Shown in pieces: positions 1-11,158 of a DNA stretch of 64,000 nt. The notes under the pieces are model-generated. The model saw nothing but the letters and a program-made list of their open reading frames with translations. It searched no databases and was not told the origin of the DNA. Source of the DNA: Paraphysomonas bandaiensis (taxonomy: Eukaryota > Protista > Chrysophyceae); contig CBFFRP010000322.1 in assembly GCA_965644295.1 (NCBI GenBank), positions 6,085 through 70,084 on the forward strand, in the 5' to 3' direction. Every line of letters begins with the position of its first letter. Within the stretch, counting starts at the first letter, position 1. Made by a program: the position numbers and the translations under genes.

Positions 1-485
1 GTACAAAGAGAGGAATTAACCACAGTCATCACTAAATGGTCCCATACCCATTCAATGAAATACGTGAGCCTGACAACGCTAAAATAGAACCACTCATCAT
101 AGTCTATCTCTCTTTTAGTTGTCCATCCTAAATGGTCGCGAGTTAGAATAAAAGACGACCAGAAGCGCTTGTACAATTGACCCAACCTCACATGCTCATC
201 ATAAATATCAGTGTAAATCCAATATCGACAGCTCGCTCGAATCGTACATATAAAAACTATAAAGAAACACCCCACACAAAAAAATATATGCCCAATAATA
301 AGCTGCACTTGAATCCCTTGTGACTGGACCCTCAAGAACACCAACCATGCCACCAGACCCATACCCACACACCCTGTAAGGTTTAAGATATATTTATAGT
401 TGCGTCGTATGTATGCTGTGACTACAATCAGTAGTCCCATAATCTGCTCTATGCACCATACGGAGAGCTCACTGATAGAGGACAT
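1..485 (-). CDS. Partial hypothetical membrane protein running off the left edge
   Basis: Hand translation: ATG at 485 and an open frame of 161 codons to the window edge (MSSISELSVWCIEQIMGLLIVVTAY...GLVAWLVFL...HIFFCVGCFFIVFIC). It has hydrophobic segments. It is absent from the ORF track because there is no stop inside the window. Confidence 0.55.
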   Translation of the reverse strand, partial: MSSISELSVWCIEQIMGLLIVVTAYIRRNYKYILNLTGCVGMGLVAWLVFLRVQSQGIQVQLIIGHIFFCVGCFFIVFICTIRASCRYWIYTDIYDEHVRLGQLYKRFWSSFILTRDHLGWTTKREIDYDEWFYFSVVRLTYFIEWVWDHLVMTVVNSSLC

Positions 486-781
486 GCTGTGTTACAGGCA
501 GACAGAACAAGAGGGCAACATCGGCTATGATGATAGAGGAGTAGGTAGTACCATATGGCTGAGTAAGCACACCGCCTTTAGACTAGGATAGCCATACACG
601 TATATGAATATGTGGACAGTATATATACACGTACATGCGATGTGATGTGATGGTTACAGTCTATGTACAGTCACACCTGGAACAGCTGCATATACTCTGT
701 GTGTATACATGGTCCCTTACACACGAGGTAACGTATTCTATTGTATTCCGGTACGTATACTGCAGCAGTTTTTCAAGTCGT

Positions 782-948
782 TATCTCTACACAGTATCCC
801 ATACTATAATATCTCTACACAGTATCCCATACTATAATATCTCTACACAGTATCCCATACTATAATATCTCTACACAGTATCCCATACTATAATATCTCT
901 ACACAGTATCCCATACTATAATATCTCTACACAGTATCCCATACGATA
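782..948. repeat. 28-bp minisatellite, about 6 copies (TATCTCTACACAGTATCCCATACTATAA)
   Basis: Units start at 782, 810, 838, 866, 894 and 922; the last one is slightly diverged. Confidence 0.95.
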
Positions 949-1043
949 ACAGTATCTAATATATCTCTCATAACTGCACCACATTAGCATCTCCCACACA
1001 TATACCCCATCAAATAATTACCCTTACACTTCCTACTCCCTAA

Positions 1044-2233
1044 ATGATGATCTCTAAATCTCTTACCTCTCAAGTTTATCACTGTAGTAAGCATCTGCGG
1101 TCTCTGTATGTATTGTCCCGTCAAAACAGTACTGCAGTCATCACAGGAGGTGCAAGGTAACCCTGTTATCCCCATTAATACCCTTCTATCCCTCTTATCA
1201 TATATAACTACAGTGGAATTGGATTAGCGCTTGCAAAGAGTGCCGTGTCTCGTGATTACAATATCGTTCTAGTTGATATTGAGGAGAGTCGTCTTTCAGA
1301 GGCTGTAAGCGAGTTGAAAGTTTCATCCGATCGTATTTTAGCTGTAAAGTGTGATGTGAGTAAAGAGGATGAGATGGCGTCCTTGGCAGATAAGGTGTTT
1401 GATCGATTCGGTGAGGTCCCGTGGTGTAGTCCATCATAATCTTACTTTTGAGTAGGCAGTGTGCAACTTTTATGCAATAATGCTGGGGTTGGAGCTACGA
1501 AAATGTCATGGGAACACACGAAGTCAGACTGGGACTGGGTACTGGGCGTCAATATGTGGAGCATTATTCATGCGAATCGCTTCTTTATTCCACGGATGCT
1601 TAAACAGGTACTCCACCGCCAATTGATTTTATCAGTCCATTCAGCTTTGATGCAGGACGTGCGCAGCAGGATATTGAACACGGCATCAGCAGCTGGTTTG
1701 ATCTCAACCCCTGGTAGTGTATATGATATCAAGTTTGATAAAGCTTTGACTGTCATATGTTATTACGACATTAGGGATGATCGCTTATAACGTGAGCAAG
1801 CATGCTGTTGTTACCATGTCGGAGACTTTATATCACGAACTGCGAGATGTAAATGCTCCGGTGAGTGGTTTACAAAATATTTTCCACATTTGAAGTGAGA
1901 ATGATGCAGATCGATGTATCAGTATTATGCCCAGCATTTATACCGACAGGGATTGCTGCGTCACACCGAAATCGACCTCCTGCTCTCTCTACTGACTGCG
2001 AAGATATGATGGCGTCAGAGTATAAAGATGCTAACATGAAATATGCTGCTGGTTTAGTAAAAGCTGTGAAGTCAGGCAAAAAATCAGCTGACGAGGTTGC
2101 AGAGCATGTATTTGAGGCCATGGATAAGGGAGACTTTTATATAGTTCCCCATCGTAAGATATTGGGTGCCGTACACCAGCGTTGCAATGATATTGTGAAC
2201 TTGAAGAGTCCTACAGTAATGGTTCCAGCATAA
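1044..2233 (+). CDS. Short-chain dehydrogenase/reductase (classical SDR), multi-exon
   Basis: AVITGGAS|GIG across intron 1157-1213, LLCNNAGVG, NTASAAG, catalytic YNVSK (about 1786-1800), VSVLCPAFIPTGI. The N-terminus is S/K/R-rich and could be a targeting peptide. Confidence 0.9.
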
Positions 2234-2837
2234 CTCGAAAGAAAGACACTGTTAAGCGTCATGGTATAATATTTTTGAAATTAATATCATATTAATAGGA
2301 ATACTTATATCGAGGTGGCTTGTGTACTAATTAGGTAATTAGTATTGTTTCTGGTAAAAAAACATTGCAAAACTAAATACCAAACGTACAGAATTCTTGA
2401 AGTTTTGGGAACCTTTGCTTTATTTACCAAAATCGTAGAGCAATGAACTCTACGTAGAGCAGGAATTGTGAACAATATACAGCGATAGTATTGTACTTCG
2501 TAGCTGTAGCTATAGCGTTGTCTGGAGTAAAAATGGATGGTGGATTGAGATAGTAAGATGAGCTTCGGATTAGGCCCATGCATAGTGATGCTCAGACACA
2601 CCCCGTCACATCTTTTCCTAGTGCTTCTGATTTGTGGTCTAGTAGATACGTATGTCGTATGGCCATACATCCTTAACCATTAACCAATGTTGTAGAGTAC
2701 TAACATTGTCAGTGGAACTTCTATTATACTTTAATAACTAGGTTATTCGTATACATTATAGACCACTACATCGTAACACACAAATATTCTTATAGCGAAA
2801 GGAGATTAGTGTAGCCCAAGAGACGGCGGATCAGCAC

Positions 2838-3786
2838 CTACTCAATATCAGGAAGTGAATTCAAAGTTTCCACCCATGCATTCATCTCGGCTGCACTCTC
2901 GGCGCGGCACACTAGTGGATAAGGCATTGCGTGTACAGTAAATTCGTTGTGAGGGTTTTCACCATCTGTTGTCGTAACAAAGAACGCGTTCAACTTGACA
3001 ACACCCTTTGGGGCGGCTCCATTGACGAATGCCTGCTCATTCTCGTAATACTTGATGTCATCTTGCAAAACAGCGTATCGCTTCTTCCAATTGCCAGAGG
3101 CACCTGATTTGTTACCACCAAGCTTCTCCAAATAACCAGCTTTCAGTACTATGCCTGGCTTTACGCGGGCTGTGATATCAATATTACGGCCGCGGTTGGG
3201 GATCCTAGAATTGCAATTCGTTAAAATAAGTAAATGCATTAATGAAGACGAGGAAGGCGTTACCTGTCAGCACCTGTGTGGTCATGTACCTGCATAAAGG
3301 CATACAGTTGGTTCTGTACTCCAGGGGTCATAGCCACGTTGTCCAGGAAGTCCTGTAGCCAGTTGTTTAGTGCTATTCTACGACGTTCCTGCTGTTCTGC
3401 TGACATTTTCCCAACCTAATACACTCCATAAACAAGATATACATAACTCTCAGTACATATACAGTACCGATACAGTTTTCGATGGAAACTCAGCTGTTAA
3501 GTTTCCAGTATGTTCCGACACAGCCTGATAAAAGAAACGGAACTCACTGTATCTCTTCCGAACTTCCCAAGATACACCATCCTTCTTCACCTGTTAGTGC
3601 ATGTGATATATCTCCACACACACCTATAGAGAGCATACATACCTCCAATACGAATATAGCTTGACTACCACTGTCAATGTCCTCACATGTTGTTATATTC
3701 ACTTCTAAGCCGTGCTGCTTGACAACAGGGGTTGCCAACACAACAGAGGTTGATTTATGCAAGACAGATTTTCTTCCAGCCATCAT
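2838..3786 (-). CDS. PX domain + PH domain protein, multi-exon
   Basis: The spliced frame gives the PX motifs WEVRKRYSEF, FPSK and ERRRIALNNWLQ. The last exon is a PH domain (KAGYLEKLGG...WKKRYAVL...AEMNAWVETL). Confidence 0.85.
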
Positions 3787-3927
3787 TTTGATAGGAGGGA
3801 TGTATATGTTAATGTGGAATAAGTATTTTCTAACTTCCTGTCGAACATACACATAATACAACCGAATATATGTACAATATATGTATACAACGACATCCTA
3901 TTCGAAATACCTTCCTACACACCTGTT

Positions 3928-4171
3928 CATACATACATACATACATACATACATACATACATACATACATACATACATACATACATACATACATACATAC
4001 ATACATACATACATACATACATACATACATACATACATACATACATACATACATACATACATACATACATACATACATACATACATACATACATACATAC
4101 ATACATACATACATACATACATACATACATACATACATACATACATACATACATACATACATACATACATA
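3928..4171. repeat. (CATA)n microsatellite, about 61 units
   Basis: Perfect tetranucleotide run. It accounts for the spurious YVCM/HTYI ORFs. Confidence 0.99.
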
Positions 4172-5449
4172 GTTTTCGTTCCACTCTCTGCTGTTTCATG
4201 GTGTTGTTGTGATATGAGTATATGGATGACACAGTAACAATGCAAGAATATCACTCATTCTAGACAGCAACTGGCACATCTTCTTGCTACATTCAGGAGT
4301 AGTCCATGTGTAATAAGTTAGTATTACAATCCGTGAAAAGAAGAAATAGCCCATAAAAACACAACCAGTTATTCCATCTGAATACCCTGGAACTATTAGT
4401 GAAATCAAGCACACACACCCCTATATATAGTGATGACTACATATACTACTCCGGAATGGTCTGCTACAGGGCTAATGAACAATATATGCAATACTATTGT
4501 TAGGTAGCGTTCTATTGCAAGCCATTTTTAACAGCTAATCATTACTATTGCAAAATTGACAGTACATTAGTATCATGAATCAGCAAATTAATACTTGCGT
4601 ATATTTTATTTTGAATACTATTTAGGTGAGAACCAAACCTATTACATAGGTAAGTTTCCTGCTGTTTGGCTAATCACATATTTCCTCCTACTCATCCTAT
4701 GATCTATGATCTATATCAGGGACATAATCCATGATGAATCTATATTAATCAACTCTATATTGATACTGTATGCTATAGTATATTAATTGCAATATATTGT
4801 GAGGTAGCTTAAAAGTAACAGTATCAATGTGTCGACCCATTGTGTTCTACAATAAATGCTTCCAAGCCTTAATCTGTCAAATGAAAGCATTCATACTTCA
4901 TATGTCATATAGTAGAAATGGCTATATTATTTACATAATTAACTCTAGTCAATTTAAATAAATCAGTGATATAGTTACATATAACATATAGTATCGTAAC
5001 TCGTAGCAATAAACAAGATGTAGAAGAAAATACTATTACTGATAGAAAAATACTATTACTATTTAAACCAGCTACTCATAATAGTAGCATATATATTTTT
5101 CAGTGTTGTGTGTTTGAAATAAATACTTTCTCTGTACAAATCGAGTGTGCAATATTGCGGCACATGTACTATTTGTATGTGTACCGTGTATGATGGATTA
5201 CAATCGCTTGTTTTAAATAGTAATATCAGAAGCAGTATATTGCAACTAATTTGTTTAAATGAATGCATCATACGGCAATAGAAGTCATGGCAATGGCCGT
5301 TGAAAATATATTTTAACATATTGTAGGCAACCACTTGACATTATACACCACACATGATATAAACGAAACATTTCTTTGTGTGTGATATTTGTACTTATGA
5401 TACACAATTCTAAAACACTTGAATAAAATATTTCATTCGAAGCATGATA

Positions 5450-6148
5450 TCAGAAAGAAACTATAGCAGGTTTCTCTAAATTTTCTGTGTCAGGCTCTCT
5501 GGGTCGCTTTCTATTTAATCTTCTCAGTACTACTACAGTTCGTCCATTATTCGACCCTGACAGCTTTATGTCAACAGATGTCTTAAGCACACTAGCATCA
5601 TCTAATAAACTTCGATATTTCTCTTGTATATCGGATGTTCTACGAGGTTTAACAAAAGCCACGACCTTAACATGCGGGTTCACCAGAAACATATGTAGCA
5701 GCTTATCAATGAGCTCAGGAATGCCAATAATTTGAGTCACTACATTCACCTCTAACATTATGTCTGTATTCAGGAAGGACTCTTTCTGCAAAGACAACTG
5801 ACTGTCCTTAAATCTACATGTGGGGAAACATGTTATGGCATGGTCGTTAATTTCAGTAGCAATAACATGTGAAGCCCCTGCGCGAATCAAATGTGCAACA
5901 AGAAAGCCTGTTCCACACCCAGCCTCCAAAATTCTTTGGTTTCTGATATTGTCTATGCCAATTGCATTAAGAAGTTTTACAACTGAGCTAGGTCTCATAT
6001 AATGCGTCGCCCCAATAGATTGCTTCACCATTGCGTTCGCTTTAGCATGAGCTCGTTGCTCATCCACTGCACAATCGAGAGTGTAAGAAGAATTCATCCT
6101 CACTCTTCCATGATAATGATAAACAAGATGTGCTATTAACGGATACAT
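5450..6148 (-). CDS. Class I SAM-dependent methyltransferase-like protein (start uncertain)
   Basis: Motif I ILEAGCGTG followed by VIATEI (acidic residue at the end of strand 2). Basic C-terminal patch RRLNRKRPR. Confidence 0.7.
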   Translation of the reverse strand: MYPLIAHLVYHYHGRVRMNSSYTLDCAVDEQRAHAKANAMVKQSIGATHYMRPSSVVKLLNAIGIDNIRNQRILEAGCGTGFLVAHLIRAGASHVIATEINDHAITCFPTCRFKDSQLSLQKESFLNTDIMLEVNVVTQIIGIPELIDKLLHMFLVNPHVKVVAFVKPRRTSDIQEKYRSLLDDASVLKTSVDIKLSGSNNGRTVVVLRRLNRKRPREPDTENLEKPAIVSF

Positions 6149-6473
6149 CTGTTGACGGTTGATGTATACCAGTGTATATCCTGCTGTAGAATACGGTATA
6201 CGGCAGACTACAAGACCACTTCAGTTAAATGAAACGTTGTGCATGTACGTATATATACATACATACGCAGTTCCATATAGAACCCCCTGTGTACTGTGTA
6301 CTGTGTACAGTATATAGTGTATAGTGTATAGCTATGCTATGATACGAGCACAGGGGTAACTGTACTGGACATCATTCGTGTTATAGAACATCAGGAAATG
6401 AGAGAGGGCTGTGGTGCCGTTTCCAGTTGAGATTGTGACTTGTTTATTCCTAATATATTGGAAGTGTTTCAGT

Positions 6474-7103
6474 ATGTCTGACGATAGATTGATATATCAG
6501 AGTACTGTGTTTCAGCTTAAGAAATGTGAATATATGGCACACGCATGCATCGTGGCTAGTTATGAGGATGCAAAAGATATGATCGCTAAGATATCTCTGG
6601 GATATTACTCTGCACACTGTTCTCCATATGCTCTTAGACTTGACAGTGACAATGGAGTGGAGGAATATAATGATGATATGGGAGAATTTTCAGCAGGAAG
6701 CACTCTGGCTTCGTGCTTGCGCAGTTTCGAGAATCTCTATAGTCAAGTGAATGGGGCCAATATATTGCTCGTCTTAACTAGAAAAGTGTCTGGTTGTTTT
6801 GTTACTGATATGATACAACATCAAAAATACAACGCCATTCGAACTTGTGGGCATAAAGCCCTAAATAAACTCAACAAACACACTGTAATTCCTATTCTCC
6901 CACCCAGAAAAGATACAGGAAATTCTGCACATAGTACACAGCCAGAGGAACAAGCCCCAGTTACACATATTGATGCAAAATTCAAGAGACCTGTTCTCCC
7001 GACACCGGCGATTAGATTCGATCCTGACAAATTTGACCTTCCTCCAATACCTAAGTCTGCAGACAAGAGAAAGGGTAGGTCAGGGCACTTTCTTCAGCCG
7101 TAA
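6474..7103 (+). CDS. IMPACT/YigZ (UPF0029) ancient-domain protein, divergent, no RWD domain seen
   Basis: KKCEYMAHACIVASYEDAK...AHCSPYALRL...YNDDMGEFSAG...NILLVLTR parallels the family pattern KKSxFxA...AxHxxYAYR...DDGE.xAG...NVLVVVTR. The tail is Pro-rich. Confidence 0.7.
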   Translation: MSDDRLIYQSTVFQLKKCEYMAHACIVASYEDAKDMIAKISLGYYSAHCSPYALRLDSDNGVEEYNDDMGEFSAGSTLASCLRSFENLYSQVNGANILLVLTRKVSGCFVTDMIQHQKYNAIRTCGHKALNKLNKHTVIPILPPRKDTGNSAHSTQPEEQAPVTHIDAKFKRPVLPTPAIRFDPDKFDLPPIPKSADKRKGRSGHFLQP

Positions 7104-7677
7104 GTTATATTTAAAAAATAATGGTTGATAGTGGATAAATATTTAGCACTGTATAGTCATATTGGTACTTAAATAATATTGTAACATCTTTTTCGTGATA
7201 TTATATTGAAGCTGCCATTGGCTTAACAGAAACCATAATAAACCAGCAAGCATTCATAGATTAGTGTGAATAATGTCACTGAAAGGTCAACCAGCGAAGG
7301 TTCCAGTTCAAGGGAGTCGATACTTTGGAAAATATTATTCAACCTCGTCAAATTGGTGGAATTACCTGTTACCCTAAATTTGATGTAAACACCTTGTCAT
7401 AACGATATCACATATCGCTACGTATTGTGTATAGTAATGAGGTCACAGCAGATTAAGTGCAACTAATGCAGATCACATCCGGTCAAAACGAAAAACCAAG
7501 CTAGAGTGCAGAAGAAAAGACGATAGAGTAAAGAGTAATATGTAATAATTGGCAGGACTCCAGCAGTCAAGTAAGTATGTCATTTAATGCAATGATCATT
7601 TTGAGTAGGTGTTATGGTATAGCGTTTCTTTGATTGAGGCATACCATAAGTATCATGACAGCTTACAGCTTGACAGT

Positions 7678-8011
7678 CCTCAACAAAGTCGGACTCGCAC
7701 CTTTTCGTGGTGTTGTGGGGGATAAGTACCGGACATGTTTCTCCAAAAAACTATCGTCAGCATATATAGTCAGCAGATAATTTTCTTCCCACTCACAGCC
7801 AAATGCTTTTGTCGACGTGTTTGGGCCTTGAATAAACAGGCATCTGGTAATGGACCCGTTTTAAAGGCATTTGAGGTATTGGGCTGCCTGCTGAAGTCAA
7901 GCATCCGGGCTGTTCACATGAAAGACAGAGAGCGAAAGTGGTTGCACATTGGTGCTTGCGGAGACGCACAAGCAGCTTTCGTAGCGTTAAATAGTAGGAT
8001 ATCAGAGTTAA
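7678..8011 (+). repeat. Dispersed repeat family, copy 1
   Basis: Shares AAAGTCGGACTCGCA, GGGCTGCCTGCTGAAGTCA and GCAGCTTTCGTAGCGTTAAATAGTAGGATATCAGAGTTAA with the other copies at about 12.5, 28.2 and 48.9 kb. Confidence 0.85.
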
Positions 8012-8673
8012 TCACTAGATTGTTAAATTATTTTGCTACACTAGTTCTGACTCTTTTATTCATATTGCTAATAGTCTAATAGTCAAACATTCATCACAGC
8101 TTGACTCTATTAAACTCTATTATTTATTAAGGACTAGATTTTTCGTCCAATCGACTAGGCTTTTGCACCTATTTTACTTTCACTACTATGTGTTACCGAT
8201 TAATTTGTAGCATTACCGTACATCGTACACTGTAGGTATGTAGATACCTAAAAACACGCATCTAGTAAAATTCGTTTTCTGTTTTAGTATTTAATGTTTT
8301 CTGTATTCTTATTGATCCTATTTACCAGGGCAAAGGAGCAATTTACTGCAGTATTATTGTGATAAAAGTTACTGTTGTTCAAAAATATTCTATAGAATAT
8401 ATAATATTCTATAACAATGCTGTCCTGGCGTCCTGGCATTGTTCCTTACAACTACCAAACTTACTTTGAAGATATTCTGTTTTAGGTGCCGATTGGCTTT
8501 AGAAGTTGTACGGTATTCATTAGATATTTACTGTGGTTGTGACAGTAGCAGTAGATATAGACACCAGGGTCCAGGCTCTCATTTCTCTCATGTCAAGTCC
8601 GTAAATCAAGTTTATAAGCTACGAGATAATTTTATATTAACAAGATATGATATATACAGCTAACAGCTAACAG

Positions 8674-9318
8674 CTAACAAGAGTAGCTATCTAGTGAATT
8701 TTTCACAAAATACTTAAACAAAACTACACCACATGCCGCCAAAGCTCCAAAGAATGTATCAGTACCGAATTTCGAAAATGCATTGCTGAGGCCATATGCC
8801 GGATTAAGTGCTCTTCTGATGTAAAAATAACCTACAGGCCATGATATAAAAGCTATTAGAAGTTCCTTGTATAGACTGAGCTGGTCTTTTGATTTCACTC
8901 CCAACCACGTGAGTGCCACAGACACGTTGTCAAAATAAGACATCGGATGAGGCAGATCGCTAGGAGATGAAACAATGAGTCCCAACATATATGCTAACAC
9001 AAGCACCGGATAGATATAAGAGAAATTAAACATACTCGAAGGGTTAAAAACAGTTTCGGAAGGTGTAGTCCCAACCTCCGTTATTGACTCATCTTCTAGC
9101 ACCTCAACCCACATATTTTCTAAAGAATTATCAGTCGGAGCATCAATAAAGCTTGGAATTACTTCATGACCATCCCTGTTTCTAAACATCATACTCTTAG
9201 ATGACGAAATGCCAAATCGACTACGTGCCCATTTCTCAAAATCTGTAAACGATATACGGCTACTCAGAGACAGTGACACTTTGCTGGACTTATACACTAC
9301 ATCTACCACACGACCCAT
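8674..9318 (-). CDS. Hypothetical protein with an N-terminal PB1/ubiquitin-like-sized domain and about 3 C-terminal TM helices
   Basis: Clean ATG-to-TAG ORF of 214 aa. Hydrophobic segments YIYPVLVLAYMLGLIV, LLIAFISWPVGYFYI and FFGALAACGVVLFKY. The N-terminal fold is a guess. Confidence 0.65.
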   Translation of the reverse strand: MGRVVDVVYKSSKVSLSLSSRISFTDFEKWARSRFGISSSKSMMFRNRDGHEVIPSFIDAPTDNSLENMWVEVLEDESITEVGTTPSETVFNPSSMFNFSYIYPVLVLAYMLGLIVSSPSDLPHPMSYFDNVSVALTWLGVKSKDQLSLYKELLIAFISWPVGYFYIRRALNPAYGLSNAFSKFGTDTFFGALAACGVVLFKYFVKNSLDSYSC

Positions 9319-9994
9319 CTGTACTTGTAGATGATATGTGAAGGACTACATACACTATAACGCAAAACTATAAGATTGTAATCATTATTGCATGAAGAGA
9401 GGAGATGTGACACGTGGCACTTATAATACTGCAGCTGCTGGTCGTTAATATGCGCAGTTATAAGGCGAGTATTTCTAGACAACGAACTATTATACCTGAT
9501 GTATACAGTCCTACAGTGTATATCAGCATATTTTCCAATATCTAGATACTAGAGTTTTCATGCCATCTATAAATCCAGAGTCAGTAAAGTGGTGGTCAAC
9601 TCGACTGTATTGTACCCGTATTCCCCTAGGAATTCCTACGATAGTACTACAGGGAATTGGAATTCCTACGTTGTAGAAGAAGTCGCACACAGCTTTTTTG
9701 TTTGAAAATACTGGTTTTTGAGACATCTAATCCAAATATTTGGAAAATATGATACATCGTATGTGGTCATTCCAGGTGGTGTTTGTTCCCATACTCCCCC
9801 AAAGGACATCAACTCACTGAATGATTGGTAGAATCGTAGAATACGTGTGGCTCAAATACGCACAACTTGAGGCGATCTTTTCATATATCGTCACAGGAGG
9901 TTTGATGAGGTTCTATTATCTCTGGTGATTGTATGGCACTCCATTGGTGTTGTTATCGTGTGATGGCCACTCTTTAGTGTCTTCTATAGTGAAG

Positions 9995-11158
9995 ATGACT
10001 CCATCTTGTGACGTTATCGTCAACTACTTGCCACTGGATGTTAATGATGAGCAATTACATGTATGTGCCTCATCTATCAACTGATTCATCATATATAATG
10101 ATTTATATTTCAGGAAATGTTTAATAGTTATGGAAAAATTGTGAAAGCAAATGTTGCAAAGAGTAAATCATCAGGAGCGAGTTTGTCCTATGGATTTGTT
10201 ACATTTTCCCAGAAAGATGAGGCTGAAGCCGCAATTGCTGCCTTAAATGGTATGAAAATGGGAAGCAAATCAATTAAAGTAAGTTTTGCGAAACCAAAAC
10301 TTGGAGATATTCAAAACAGAAAGCTTTTTGTTCGCTGCTTGCCCTTATCTTATACTGAGGACAAGATCACAGACCTCTTTGCAAAGGTATGTACCATCAT
10401 CGATATTATTTCACACTGACTGTGCCCTTTTAGTTTGGAGAAATTATTGAGTGTCGTGCTCTAATGGAATCGGATAAGGTGACCCCCAGGGGCTCTGCAT
10501 TCGTCGAATTCAAGAATGCCACTGATTGTGAAGCCGGTATATAGACACCACAATATTGAGTATATTTCTTATTGTTTTTTTAGCATTGTCTGCCCTCCAC
10601 AACAGTGTTCCACCTGGCGCAATAGGCCATATACAAGTGTGCTACGCTCGCCCTCCTCCTGGAAGCAACCAGGGGAGTGATACAGGTCGCTCATATTCAC
10701 ATCCCACTGATCGATCGCAATGGAGCCCCCCCTCCACCATGAGCCCTACCTCCCCACGTGGTGGTGTATTAACTTCTGCAAAGGTACCTTATGGCTCCTG
10801 TCTGACGCCTTTTCCACTGCCAAGTCCTATCGCGCCAAGGTTTTCTTTTCCAGTGTCCCCTGTTTCTAGGGAACAACAATACGCGAACAATATTCAGGAA
10901 GTACAAGTTAGGGTCAACGGAATTCCGCCGTTTGTTACACTGAAAGATTTTCTTGCATTGTTTGCGCCGTATGGGCATGTTGTATCCGTCGGCCTTGATC
11001 ATGCTCTCAATCCACCTGGTATCATGTCATTCGGTAGCGGACATCTTCGTATTGTTATTTCGCCCGAGAAAGTTCAAGAGATGGTGTGCAACATCCATAA
11101 CTGTGTTGTTTTTGAAGGTTGTCCGCCGTTGCAGCTCATGATTCTTGCCACGTTTTGA
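9995..11158 (+). CDS. ELAV/Sxl-like RRM RNA-binding protein (3 RRMs, third degenerate), 4 exons
   Basis: IVNYLP (ELAV-type RNP2), SLSYGFVTF, IKVSFAKP, KLFVRCLP, RGSAFVEF. Introns at 10061-10113, 10387-10433 and about 10537-10583. Confidence 0.85.

Noticed and set aside
782-948. CRISPR-like 28-bp repeat
   Set aside because: The units are contiguous with no spacers, there are no cas genes, and the context is eukaryotic.
3830-4254. ORFs of YVCM/HTYI repeats (also at 28.7, 44.1, 46.1 and 61.0 kb)
   Set aside because: Translations of (TATG)n microsatellites, which lack stop codons in any frame.
7735-8079. ORFs ending AFVALNSRISEL (also 28091-28360) as a TnpB/Fanzor RuvC-III remnant
   Set aside because: There is no RDxNAAxNI motif, zinc finger or other RuvC motif, and frames are not conserved between copies. 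The shared peptide just reflects the DNA repeat.
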